Source of the DNA: a virus
Taxonomy: Duplodnaviria > Caudoviricetes
IMG/VR virus record: IMGVR_UViG_3300027819_000002
Coordinates: 1-44,171 of that record
Strand: one strand, 5' to 3'
DNA length: 44,171 bases
The position numbers were made by a program, and so were the translations under genes. Below the pieces are notes generated by a model that saw nothing but the letters and a program-made list of their open reading frames with translations, searched no databases and had not been told where the DNA came from. Positions 15,840 to 25,105 of this stretch are shown piece by piece; within the stretch, counting starts at the first letter, position 1, and every line of letters starts with the position of its first letter.

Positions 15840-18181
15840 AGACTTTGAACTTTATCCCCCTGATAGGGAATCAAGTCGTACTTAAATTCAAGTGCGTGGA
15901 TAACGTAACTTGTTCCGCCAAGCCCAGCCCTTGTAGCGTTGGTGTTGAACTGCATACTGATGGTTTTCCCATTTCTTCCCACAATCGGAAGTTGAGAAGC
16001 GAACCTTGTGTTTGTTTTTGTAAGACCCGTAAACGTGCCGACAGAGGCATCGTCAACCTTCACCGTCATATCCAAAGTGCCAGTCGTTGTTCCTGAACGC
16101 GCTATTTCAAGATTGAAACCGTCAAAAAGAGCTATTTGATTCTCGTCAATGGCATAATTTCCGGTATCAAAATAGGGTTTGATCCAAGCACCAGCATCGT
16201 CGGTTGTGGCATTATTCCATACATAACTGGCTAAAGCTCCCGTAGCGAAGTAAATCTTGCCGTCCGATCTCGTCAAGACCGAATTGATGTTGTTGGTAGT
16301 TATATGCTTAGTTGTCGGGAAAATCAATTCACCATTTGGTAAAGAGTGCGGCAGTAAAATAACCTCATAGAAAGTTGTGAGGGTCGAACCGTCTGAGGTA
16401 AACATCATTCGATACGTCTTAAACTTGGGATCATACCACCCGCGCCATGAAGTAACATAGGTTTGGGATAAAGCTCTGAACGTCGGCCTCCAGCCTGCGG
16501 TCAATTCCGTTACACGGTTATTCCTGAACAGGTATATGCCGTCGCCAGAGGAAGCAAAAATAAGTCCTTCGGGTGTGAGAGCTATTGAATCCGGCGCATC
16601 GCAACCAACCTCTCTTGAGACGGTATTCAGTATCCACGTCAAGGATGAGTCGGTCAAACTGACCGAGTAGATTCCCCTTGTTTTCCCTATCAAAAGCGTG
16701 TTCTGGTCAATTCCAATGGTATTTATTACCGATGGATCGCCACTTTCTATCGTACTTTGAACTGCATCGTCAAGGTCAAGGAGTTTGTTGTACTGGGCTA
16801 CTCCGTTGCTTGCAATCGGTGAATAATTTATCTGATCGTTGTAATTCAGAGAAGCATTGTAGTCATAATACTTAGCTACGATCAATCTCCCCGCACCAAT
16901 GAGTCCGTAACCGAATGATGCTGTTGTTCTATTAGGTTTGGAATGACCTAAGAACGTCGCCAAATTTTTTCCGCGAGCGTTCCACTGTGCCGATCCGGCT
17001 TGGATGGTTCTGTTGAAATTTCCGGGGGCCGCTCCGGGAGCGGTATCTGTCCAACTCGTTGACACAAGTAAATCCCATGTTTCGATAAAGAAATACTCTT
17101 CGTAATCAAGATCGGCCGACGTGTTGCCGCTTCTACGTCCAAGAAACCAGTGAATCTTCTTGAATCTCTTATTTATTTGTGCGGCCCATATTTGCAGGAA
17201 CTCGGTCTTTGCCGTAGTATTGCCACTTGAAATGTACTCGTAATTTGTGGCGTGCTTGATGAAATCCGTGAACTGTCCATCGTCTGTCTCAAAAACCATC
17301 CCGATGTAATGTGTGAATCCCGCTTCAAGCCCCAATCCAGCCGCAAGGGTTACCACGCCGGGCAATGCGAGCGTATATCCGCCAGTTGACTTTAACTCCG
17401 CCTCGGTTACATAAGTCTGATTATAGCTGAAAGCTCTCGTTGCACCACTGAAAAAGGTCTTGTTGATGTAGCCAGACCAAATGGGTTTATAGCCCACCGT
17501 TGAGCCTTGACCGCCAGAAGCCAAAATGTTGTTCCCCTGTTTTAAAACTATGGGGTCAGTCCAGTTTGCTACAAACGTAGGGTTGTCGTGGAAGTGGCGG
17601 TAGAGAATTATCGCATCCGTGTTAGCCCAATCTGTTGGTACGGCCTCATGTAAAGTGATTGTTCGACTTGAACCCGTATAATCCAAAACATAAGTATACT
17701 CCGAACGCGTTGTATTGTGGATTACCCAACCATTGTAATAATCATCCGTAGCCGAACTTCCGGCTGCCAAAACAAAACTTGACCCCGCTGGAACACTGTT
17801 TATGGTTGTTGACCTTGATTCCCCATACCAAAGCCAATTCGTAGATTCAATCGTGGCCGCGTTGTGTTTCCAAAACGGTTTTTGAAAGTAGTAATTCGTC
17901 CCTGAGATTGCACCGGCTAAAACCTGTATGTTCTGAGCGGAAGGACTTTCGGTGGCGGGGAATGTCCCGCGCGGGAACTTGAACGACCCCAAAGTCTTAG
18001 TAGTGGACATATCCACCGGAGCGGAGGTAATGTCGGTATCGTATCCCGTCCTTTGAACCATTTTCTCTAAAGTTTGACCCAACTGCAAATTTTCCGTGTC
18101 ATCGCATGAACCAATAGGACGGCTATCCCTGCCGAATCTTGTTACAATTCCAAGCCATTTTGAAATAGTTAAAGATTGCAT
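15836..18181 (-). CDS. Tail nozzle/stabilisation protein (P22 gp10/T7 gp12-like beta-propeller)
   Basis: 781 aa, beta-rich; VGCDAPDSI..TPEGLIF..GDGIY motif; position. Confidence 0.7.
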   Translation of the reverse strand: MQSLTISKWLGIVTRFGRDSRPIGSCDDTENLQLGQTLEKMVQRTGYDTDITSAPVDMSTTKTLGSFKFPRGTFPATESPSAQNIQVLAGAISGTNYYFQKPFWKHNAATIESTNWLWYGESRSTTINSVPAGSSFVLAAGSSATDDYYNGWVIHNTTRSEYTYVLDYTGSSRTITLHEAVPTDWANTDAIILYRHFHDNPTFVANWTDPIVLKQGNNILASGGQGSTVGYKPIWSGYINKTFFSGATRAFSYNQTYVTEAELKSTGGYTLALPGVVTLAAGLGLEAGFTHYIGMVFETDDGQFTDFIKHATNYEYISSGNTTAKTEFLQIWAAQINKRFKKIHWFLGRRSGNTSADLDYEEYFFIETWDLLVSTSWTDTAPGAAPGNFNRTIQAGSAQWNARGKNLATFLGHSKPNRTTASFGYGLIGAGRLIVAKYYDYNASLNYNDQINYSPIASNGVAQYNKLLDLDDAVQSTIESGDPSVINTIGIDQNTLLIGKTRGIYSVSLTDSSLTWILNTVSREVGCDAPDSIALTPEGLIFASSGDGIYLFRNNRVTELTAGWRPTFRALSQTYVTSWRGWYDPKFKTYRMMFTSDGSTLTTFYEVILLPHSLPNGELIFPTTKHITTNNINSVLTRSDGKIYFATGALASYVWNNATTDDAGAWIKPYFDTGNYAIDENQIALFDGFNLEIARSGTTTGTLDMTVKVDDASVGTFTGLTKTNTRFASQLPIVGRNGKTISMQFNTNATRAGLGGTSYVIHALEFKYDLIPYQGDKVQSL

Positions 18182-18225
18182 TTAGACCGCTTGCTTTAAG
18201 ACTAAAATCATGTATTGTAGAACAT

Positions 18226-18918
18226 TCATTTGTCTGAGGCTACCGCCGCCATTTTAGAAATTCCAGCATCGACCGTTTGTTCCTTCAGCATCGCAATCTG
18301 TAATCGTTCCTTATCGGCTTTTTCCTCCATTGCAATCTTAAATGCCATGTCAACCAATTCGTCATAGTAAGTCGAGGGAACAAGCATGACTTCCGAAGCC
18401 CCGTTACTTGCAAGGGTTACAGGTGCTTTGATGTATTCAAGCCTGATTGAACTTGTAGCCGTTCCACCCATCAGTCTGAACGTAAGAGCCTCCTGTTGCC
18501 AGAATTGGTTTGTTGAAGAAGGCGTGTAATAAGTATTTGTTCCCGCTCGTTCAATCGCATCGTATCCATCTGGAAGTCTTTTTACCAAAACTGCATCGGT
18601 AGCGTTGTAAACCGAGAGGATAAACGACACCCCACCCGTCCAAGTGGCTAAAGTCAACACACTTGAAGCAATCGTTTGTGCTTCTGAATTTCGGTAGCCC
18701 TTCAAGGCGTTGAAATTCTGCGCTTCCATTTGTTTTCTCATCCAGCGATTCTGTGCTTGGTTGAAAATAACATCCCTTAAAGCACCGGTCCAGACTTTTC
18801 CGTCTGTCGTGGCGGCGGCAACGGGGTCAGCCGCCATTTTACTGAACCTGACTACTAACGCGTCATAGAGTGGACTTGCAATGGTACACCTCCCGCCAAA
18901 CGGCAAATAAAGTCCCAA
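18226..18918 (-). CDS. Tail adaptor/ring protein paralog 4 (true start may be ATT at 18882)
   Basis: IRLEYIKAP...VPSTYYDELVD motif shared with paralogs. Confidence 0.7.
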   Translation of the reverse strand: MGLYLPFGGRCTIASPLYDALVVRFSKMAADPVAAATTDGKVWTGALRDVIFNQAQNRWMRKQMEAQNFNALKGYRNSEAQTIASSVLTLATWTGGVSFILSVYNATDAVLVKRLPDGYDAIERAGTNTYYTPSSTNQFWQQEALTFRLMGGTATSSIRLEYIKAPVTLASNGASEVMLVPSTYYDELVDMAFKIAMEEKADKERLQIAMLKEQTVDAGISKMAAVASDK

Positions 18919-18942
18919 GGATAATCATCGTTTTTCATTCTG

Positions 18943-20511
18943 TTAACTTGCTTTCCAGTTATTGAATCGTTTCCAATCTTCAACTTGGTTACAGACTTTA
19001 TCCAGAATCAGATGGAAGTAACTGTCGTCTATATCAAACCCATCCTCTACTTCTAAGACTGAATCGGGAACTTTATCGTAGTAGAGTGTAACCGCGCCAC
19101 CCGTCAAGCCACTCCCATAAAACACCTTCAGGGTTTCGCCGTGCTGAGTCCAAAAAGCGGAATTGGAATACATGCTCGACAGAAGTTGAACTCTTTCAAA
19201 TCCAGTCGGGTTTATGGGGACAATCAACCCATTTGTAGCATCTACAATCTTTACAATCCCCCTCAGTTTGAGTGCGGAGAGATCAAAACTCGTTCCCGTT
19301 CCCAAAGAACTGGTAGCGATATAATCATTGTAAGATATTCTCGGTACAATGCTTGCTATCGCCCAGTTAGCCCAGTCAATGAACACGGGAGTTGTTAGTC
19401 TGTCTTCAATAACGGTGTTTGTTCTGCGCCTAACCCAGCCCTCAAGAACTTGGAAGTTAAGAGGGTCTGTAACTGTTCCACCGCCGGTAAAGGCTCCATT
19501 CCCCGCACTTCCACCCAAAAGGAAATAATTGGCCGCATAAACGTAAGCGTCTGCATCTGCTGCTGCGGTTGCCGTTTCGCTGGTGGTGAAAGTTGATGCA
19601 CCCGTAACAGTTATCGTTCTCTGCCCATTGACTCCACGCACACCGTTAATCACTACTACTTGTCCCGTTGACCAGCCATGAGCAGAAGAAGTTGTTATCG
19701 TCGTTCCAGAAGCGGAGGAAATGGTTTTTTGAGTAAAACTAAGGCTTCTGACTCCATTCGCGGCGGTGTTCCCACCAACACCGACAAGTCTGACAAATCT
19801 TCCAGATAGTAACCCATGGGTTGCGGCGGTCTTAATTTCTATGGGAGTTGTATTGGACGCGTCAATTACATCTTCTGGTTCGGTCGGAACGGTATAGGTG
19901 ATTACGAGTTTTGGGTCTCGCGTTGTCCCCGCGAAGGTAAGCGACGAGTTTAGTCTAAACCTTGTTGCCCCCTGTGAAGCCCAAATTCCCGAAAAAGAGG
20001 CCGCCAAATCCCACGCCAAGACCAACCCCAGTTTCGTTATCCCATTCTTTGAAATCGCAGCCCTACCGTCAGAGTTCAGCGTAATGTCGTTATATGCTCC
20101 CGCGACAAAACTGCCATACACAAGTGAACCAAAACCCGTTGACCCCATAGTAGAATAGTCCGCCGCTACAAGAGCATTATTGCTTGCCGGGCCTGCGGCA
20201 ACAACATGAAGATCGGTTTCTCCGTTTTCAGATGCTTGTGCAATTCCCCATAAAGACAATACGGCGGAGGAAATTGTCGCCCCAACGGTTAAGGCTGATG
20301 TATCAAACGTCATAATGGAACGATGAAGTAATTGATATTGGTTAGATATGAGCGTTGATTGCAGGTCGGCTCGCAATTCATTGTAGTCAACCGTAACCCC
20401 CGCCCCAGTCCTGATGTTAGAAAAGGTTTCATCAACCGAATGTCTCTGCACGTTCCCACTTATCGTAGTAGAGCCGGCAGACGGGTCTGGATATACGGTC
20501 AAAGTCGCCAT
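18943..20511 (-). CDS. Fusion: carbohydrate-binding-like beta domain, two beta repeats and ring/adaptor domain (paralog 3)
   Basis: RSIMTFDTS...ATISSAVLSL; two HGxxxGxxVxIxGV repeats; C-terminal VTLYYDKVP...IDDSYFHLILD. Confidence 0.7.
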   Translation of the reverse strand: MATLTVYPDPSAGSTTISGNVQRHSVDETFSNIRTGAGVTVDYNELRADLQSTLISNQYQLLHRSIMTFDTSALTVGATISSAVLSLWGIAQASENGETDLHVVAAGPASNNALVAADYSTMGSTGFGSLVYGSFVAGAYNDITLNSDGRAAISKNGITKLGLVLAWDLAASFSGIWASQGATRFRLNSSLTFAGTTRDPKLVITYTVPTEPEDVIDASNTTPIEIKTAATHGLLSGRFVRLVGVGGNTAANGVRSLSFTQKTISSASGTTITTSSAHGWSTGQVVVINGVRGVNGQRTITVTGASTFTTSETATAAADADAYVYAANYFLLGGSAGNGAFTGGGTVTDPLNFQVLEGWVRRRTNTVIEDRLTTPVFIDWANWAIASIVPRISYNDYIATSSLGTGTSFDLSALKLRGIVKIVDATNGLIVPINPTGFERVQLLSSMYSNSAFWTQHGETLKVFYGSGLTGGAVTLYYDKVPDSVLEVEDGFDIDDSYFHLILDKVCNQVEDWKRFNNWKAS

Positions 20512-21116
20512 TACTTATAACTTTCCTTAATGGACTTGATTTCTTCTGCAATGGCTTGGTCTAAAGCCGGGTCGCGCTTACCACCGTTTTTGTAAGCCGT
20601 TACATCGGCGCAAATCATGTCAACCAAAAGACTGGTGAAGCTGTCCGGTAAGTCGGGATAGTCCGTTACCGCCGTTGCGTAGGTGGGCACTTTGAAATAA
20701 TAAATCTGAATCGTGCCGTGAGCACCCAAAGACGCACCCTTGAAAATCCTGATTGACTCGCCTTCTTGGACAAAATACATCGTTGACCCGTTTTGGCTTA
20801 TGAGTAAAGAAATGTTCTCATAATCAGCCGGAGGAACGGGGAGAATCAGTCCCAACGTAGCATCCACCAATTTGATAATCCGGTCAATCGCCAAAGAGGT
20901 CAAAGAATACGCTCCGCTTGCCAAAGTTAAAGTCGTTGGCCCTGCCATGTAAAGCGGAGCCACTATCTCCCATAGCTTCTTGGCTGTTGCCGCGACGTTC
21001 ATATTGAGAAGGTCAATCAACATCCCCTCGGTCAAACGATTATCGTCAACCGTGCCAGTCTTTACGCGGACATTCGACAGAATAACCTTGACGGTTGTAT
21101 TTTTGCCTAAAGCCAT
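20511..21116 (-). CDS. Tail adaptor/ring protein paralog 2
   Basis: YFVQEGESIRIF...IYYFKVP...PDLPDSFTSLLVD. Confidence 0.7.
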   Translation of the reverse strand: MALGKNTTVKVILSNVRVKTGTVDDNRLTEGMLIDLLNMNVAATAKKLWEIVAPLYMAGPTTLTLASGAYSLTSLAIDRIIKLVDATLGLILPVPPADYENISLLISQNGSTMYFVQEGESIRIFKGASLGAHGTIQIYYFKVPTYATAVTDYPDLPDSFTSLLVDMICADVTAYKNGGKRDPALDQAIAEEIKSIKESYK

Positions 21117-21742
21117 TATTCGCTCGAATAGATGCTATTGGACATTGACTTAGTCCTACGTTGTCTTAATCTTTCCTTGTCCAACTCCGCTTCGTAGAGA
21201 TTCCTGTAATACTCTGCACCCTTAAAATCCTGTTTATGAGGAAGGATTTTATACATCACTCCATAGAATAATAGTGTATCCATTCTTGCCGGTGTTTCTG
21301 GATCAATCGCAGTTGTTGTCGAGGTACTTGGAATCTTCCAGAAATACCATGTATAAGTCCCGCTCGTCGAAGGAGTGGGGTAGAAAATAACATTCCCCGC
21401 CCACCGAGTAAAATAAATCGGGGACTGAGATGCGCTTGCAGTGGAAACTTTTGAAATCCTGTCATACTCGTCGTAGTCAATCTCTGTGATTGGCACGATC
21501 ATAGTAGAAGGAAGGGCTAATTTCTTTGAACGGAAAAACCCCGTAGGTTCGGTATAACTCGCCGTCGAGGCTACAATCGTCAATGTCCCGGAGGATTCAA
21601 TACAAAGGGTTTCCTCTGCTACGTCTCTTTGAACTTCATCGAGAAGAAGGAATATCAGAACGTCATTGATGTAGGTCTCGGTCAGCCCCGTTATAGTTTT
21701 TACCTTGTCACGGATTTTATCCGAGCGGTCGCCAGCAGCCAT
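21116..21742 (-). CDS. Head-tail adaptor/ring protein paralog 1
   Basis: PIYFTRWAGNVIFYPTP...YFWKIP...PETPARMDTLL. Confidence 0.75.
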   Translation of the reverse strand: MAAGDRSDKIRDKVKTITGLTETYINDVLIFLLLDEVQRDVAEETLCIESSGTLTIVASTASYTEPTGFFRSKKLALPSTMIVPITEIDYDEYDRISKVSTASASQSPIYFTRWAGNVIFYPTPSTSGTYTWYFWKIPSTSTTTAIDPETPARMDTLLFYGVMYKILPHKQDFKGAEYYRNLYEAELDKERLRQRRTKSMSNSIYSSE

Positions 21743-21756
21743 AAATGCTCCTTATG

Positions 21757-21788
21757 AAAAAGAATGTGGGGAGGGGTTCTCCCCACAT
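21757..21788 (-). terminator. Rho-independent terminator after the capsid module
   Basis: 10-bp stem atgtggggag/ctccccacat followed by TCTTTTT on the - strand. Confidence 0.75.
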
Positions 21789-21790
21789 CG

Positions 21791-22297
21791 TTACCGAGCA
21801 ATAACGGCTTCGGGTTTCTTGAAATAATAGAAGAACCGCGCCTTGTTCGCCTCTGCGTCAACAATGGAAGTTGTCGCCGTCCCCGTCAAATAGTCAACGT
21901 AAAACTGGATTTCGTCGTAGCCCACAAGAGTTGTTAGCAAAATCTGCCCCAATCTCTGTGCACCAGAAGTATCCAGTGTGCCATCGCCATTTGTTCCCAG
22001 TGTGTCAATAACCGTCCATCCGCTTGTTACGGTGTAGCCAGTTGTTGCACCAGCCGGTTTACTCCGTAACCTGTAATAAATAGCTATCGCAGCGCTATCG
22101 TTATTGGAACCAAAAATAACAATATCTTCTGCTGATCCCAGCGAGAGAAAGGCCGTTGTATCGTTAGCCGAAGTTACCGTATAATCGGTTTTCAGGTAAA
22201 ACTGGGTTGGCTCGTTATATCGCACTCCCTTTGGCCCTTGTTGCTGGGCAAAGGAGGTCGCCATTCCAATCACCAGTAAAAAAAAGAGTTTCTTCAT
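21791..22297 (-). CDS. Signal-peptide-bearing beta-rich protein in the capsid operon (decoration-like)
   Basis: MKKLFFLLVIGMATSFA|QQQ; mature part beta-sandwich-like. Confidence 0.75.
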   Translation of the reverse strand: MKKLFFLLVIGMATSFAQQQGPKGVRYNEPTQFYLKTDYTVTSANDTTAFLSLGSAEDIVIFGSNNDSAAIAIYYRLRSKPAGATTGYTVTSGWTVIDTLGTNGDGTLDTSGAQRLGQILLTTLVGYDEIQFYVDYLTGTATTSIVDAEANKARFFYYFKKPEAVIAR

Positions 22298-22596
22298 ATT
22301 GGTTTATCCTTGTGTGTCCTTTTGTGTGAGCCAAGAGCCGCCTTAGACCTAACAGCTCTTTGGCAAATATCACAGACGAAGGCGGCAACGTTTTTTCCCT
22401 CATCACTTATGGCGACTTGGGCAACCGCCCCTGTCTGTGGTTTAACTATTTCGAAGCGTCCAGCCTTTTCTGGTTTTGCTAATATAAGTTTCCCAAATTC
22501 GTCCGGCACTTCACAGATGGGACGGAAAAGGAAATACTTACCCTTATTGCCCCACTCCAAAATCTTGTGAGGGCCATCGAGATATTTGAGTAACAT
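22294..22596 (-). CDS. Small protein with C-terminal C2H2 zinc finger
   Basis: FVCDICQR...ALGSHKRTH; directly after the MCP. Confidence 0.75.
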   Translation of the reverse strand: MLLKYLDGPHKILEWGNKGKYFLFRPICEVPDEFGKLILAKPEKAGRFEIVKPQTGAVAQVAISDEGKNVAAFVCDICQRAVRSKAALGSHKRTHKDKPI

Positions 22597-22622
22597 TCGC
22601 TTAGTCTCCTTGCTTTATATTG

Positions 22623-23825
22623 TTATGACCAGATTGCCGTTACGTTGGACGACGGATTCGGTGAATACGTCGAAAGCAGGAATGAGGACTGATTAGCGGC
22701 TGTTCCGCCGCCGTCCGGAGTCCAATCCGTCCTGATGTCGCCGTAAATATATCCACCACCGAAACCGATCAGATTCCCGTAGTCGTCTTCCTTCCTTCTG
22801 CGAATGAAGGACTCTTTTGCAAAAGCCCTTCCAATCGCATTAGAACCAAAGAGGATATTCATACGAATATCGGTAGCGGTCATTCCCGCGCCAACCGTTG
22901 CGGCGTTGACTGTCGAAATCGCGTTCGATGAAGCCGCGTTTGTCCACAGTTTTTCAGTGGAAATTCGCGGGTCTTCCATCACGTAGATTCCGGCGTATTT
23001 CTGTCCGTCAGCGCGCGTAAAGATTGGGTTCTTGGAGCTTCTTGGAAGAGCAAGCTGAACCGCATCACGCCACAGTGAATCCGCACGAAGCGTTTTCATT
23101 CCATAGGGATGGCAGACAAGTCCGTAACAAGCCTCACCCTCAAAAGAAACGGGGGAGATATTGTTGACTCTAAGTGCTACGGCTACTCGTTCCAAAACAT
23201 CGGTATCCAGAACATCGTTAGCATCTACATCTATCAAGGCCGCCTTATTCTTCCCAAAAATACGATTGGGATGAGCAACGCCAGTCTTTGAACCACCACG
23301 CCATACGTTGGGTGAGAACTTGCCGTAGAACGCGATGAAAACTCCATCGTCAAGCCTTTTTGCAAGATGCTCTGAAAGAGACTCGTTGCCAGCTTTTTGA
23401 AGGTCGGTTGGGTTTCTCTGTTCAGCCATTTCACCCTGAATCAAGACTCCATGACGATAGAGGTCAACGGGAACATCCATGTAGTAAGCAGATAGCGTTG
23501 CTTCGTTATCTACTAACTGTTGGTTCCCAGTTTTACCCGCATCAAGATACGCGGCAACAGTTTCATCGCCAGAAACGAGTACCTTGTGCAGTTGAAGCGT
23601 GATATTGTCGCCCTTGCTTTTACGCAAGTCTGTTTTTTCCACGATTGGGGTATTGACTTGGGCTTCTTCAATGGAACTTTCTCCACCCTTGTCTTTGCCA
23701 ATCATGTCTTTCCAGAAAAGTTTATTCTGGACTTGTTTATGCAACAGACTATCCCAGAGTTTCTTCGTAACCGAAGATGTACTCGATTGGGTGTAGCCAG
23801 TTGAAGTATTATACGTTAAAGCCAT
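22623..23825 (-). CDS. Major capsid protein (HK97 fold, N4-gp56/DUF4043-like)
   Basis: KKLWD, DLRKSKGDNIT, LVCHP...LRAD, NPIF, ILFGSNAIG, DDYGN. Confidence 0.85.
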   Translation of the reverse strand: MALTYNTSTGYTQSSTSSVTKKLWDSLLHKQVQNKLFWKDMIGKDKGGESSIEEAQVNTPIVEKTDLRKSKGDNITLQLHKVLVSGDETVAAYLDAGKTGNQQLVDNEATLSAYYMDVPVDLYRHGVLIQGEMAEQRNPTDLQKAGNESLSEHLAKRLDDGVFIAFYGKFSPNVWRGGSKTGVAHPNRIFGKNKAALIDVDANDVLDTDVLERVAVALRVNNISPVSFEGEACYGLVCHPYGMKTLRADSLWRDAVQLALPRSSKNPIFTRADGQKYAGIYVMEDPRISTEKLWTNAASSNAISTVNAATVGAGMTATDIRMNILFGSNAIGRAFAKESFIRRRKEDDYGNLIGFGGGYIYGDIRTDWTPDGGGTAANQSSFLLSTYSPNPSSNVTAIWS

Positions 23826-23837
23826 TGTGAATCTCCT

Positions 23838-24812
23838 TTATTCGGCAAAAGCCGCGTTTGTGTATCGGTTGACTGCCGCATCCGTGGCATCCTTCTTGAA
23901 CCTGCCATAAGCCGATTTTGTGCCAAACCTCGTTACATACTTCACTATTTCCTCGTCGGAAACAGCTTGGGTCGGCGTGGCCGGTGCAACCGGGGTAGCC
24001 GCTGATGCGGTTTTTAATTTTCCCTCCAAATCTTTTCGCACCTCAGCGTAGGTTTGCTCTTTCAGTTTGGGGAGGTTTTTGAGTTGCCAAAACTGCCTCA
24101 TTCTCTCGCCAACTGGAAGTTGTGCAAAATCTCCGTTTATCCACTTGAGCAATTCATTAGCGTCGCCTTCGGGAACAAGTTGCTTGAACTCGGTTATAGC
24201 TTGGTTCATTCCTCGTTCCTGTTCAATGCTTGCGAATCTTGCATTGAGACGTGAATCAATCAGTCTGGCCTCATAATCCGAAACCGCCTTGTCGTAGGCT
24301 TGCAATCCTTCAGGTGTGTAGATTTCATACTGAGTAGGATTGGGTCTCTGGTTGCCATTTTGATTGGCATACGCTTCTTGTAGGGAAGGATTTAAGTAAA
24401 TATCCCTCGCCATGCGAAGTGCCTGTGCGAAATTCGGGTCTTTATCTGCTAAGTCAATGAGTTGTTCGTAGGGCTTGATTCTCGTTGTGATCTTGGTGTT
24501 TTGACCCGCTGATTCTTTGTAGCTTTTCACCAGTCCTTGAACGCCCTTGATAACATCCTCTTCAGTCGCGAAGGGAGTATCTGAAAGAGCTAATTTAAGT
24601 TCCGGTGGTAAGGCTTGTCCTGCCGCTACTGGCTCGGTTGCCTTCACCTCTGGAACGGTTTCCGGCTTCGGAGTCTCTGGCGATTCTCCCTCAGGAACCC
24701 AACCTGCTTCTGCGTTGGTCATCCTTTCGAGTTCCGCCATACTGACTTCGGGTGATGGATTTTCCGCTATCGCGGGTACATCTGGGGTCGCGACCACCTT
24801 TTCTTCTGCCAT
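23838..24812 (-). CDS. Capsid scaffolding protein
   Basis: Acidic Pro-rich N-terminus and helical body; between portal and MCP. Confidence 0.7.
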   Translation of the reverse strand: MAEEKVVATPDVPAIAENPSPEVSMAELERMTNAEAGWVPEGESPETPKPETVPEVKATEPVAAGQALPPELKLALSDTPFATEEDVIKGVQGLVKSYKESAGQNTKITTRIKPYEQLIDLADKDPNFAQALRMARDIYLNPSLQEAYANQNGNQRPNPTQYEIYTPEGLQAYDKAVSDYEARLIDSRLNARFASIEQERGMNQAITEFKQLVPEGDANELLKWINGDFAQLPVGERMRQFWQLKNLPKLKEQTYAEVRKDLEGKLKTASAATPVAPATPTQAVSDEEIVKYVTRFGTKSAYGRFKKDATDAAVNRYTNAAFAE

Positions 24813-24839
24813 AAAACATCCTTCCTAATGGTTGGGAAT

Positions 24840-24881
24840 AAAAAAAAGCGCACTATGTCATTTCTGACATAAAATGCGCTT
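24840..24881 (-). terminator. Intrinsic terminator/attenuator between portal and scaffold
   Basis: Interrupted stem aagcgca..atgtca/tgacat..tgcgctt followed by a T-run on the - strand. Confidence 0.55.
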
Positions 24882-24910
24882 GGTAAATCCTTGCGACGTT
24901 ATTTAGATTA

Positions 24911-25105
24911 CTAACCCGTTAAGACAATTCCTTTGATCTTGTCCATGTCTCTCCTGCCCTCGTCTCTGGGGTGAGAATAATGGAGAGTGAAAACTTTATC
25001 TCCTAAAGTTGTTTCAATCTCAAACTTCAATGGCATCATAGATGACACGGCTTTCCCGTTTATGGGATTGCCGTCCTTGTCTGTTATGCTGATGTCGCCC
25101 GTCAT
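24911..25105 (-). CDS. Hypothetical protein
   Basis: ATGA overlap with the portal stop. Confidence 0.55.
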   Translation of the reverse strand: MTGDISITDKDGNPINGKAVSSMMPLKFEIETTLGDKVFTLHYSHPRDEGRRDMDKIKGIVLTG

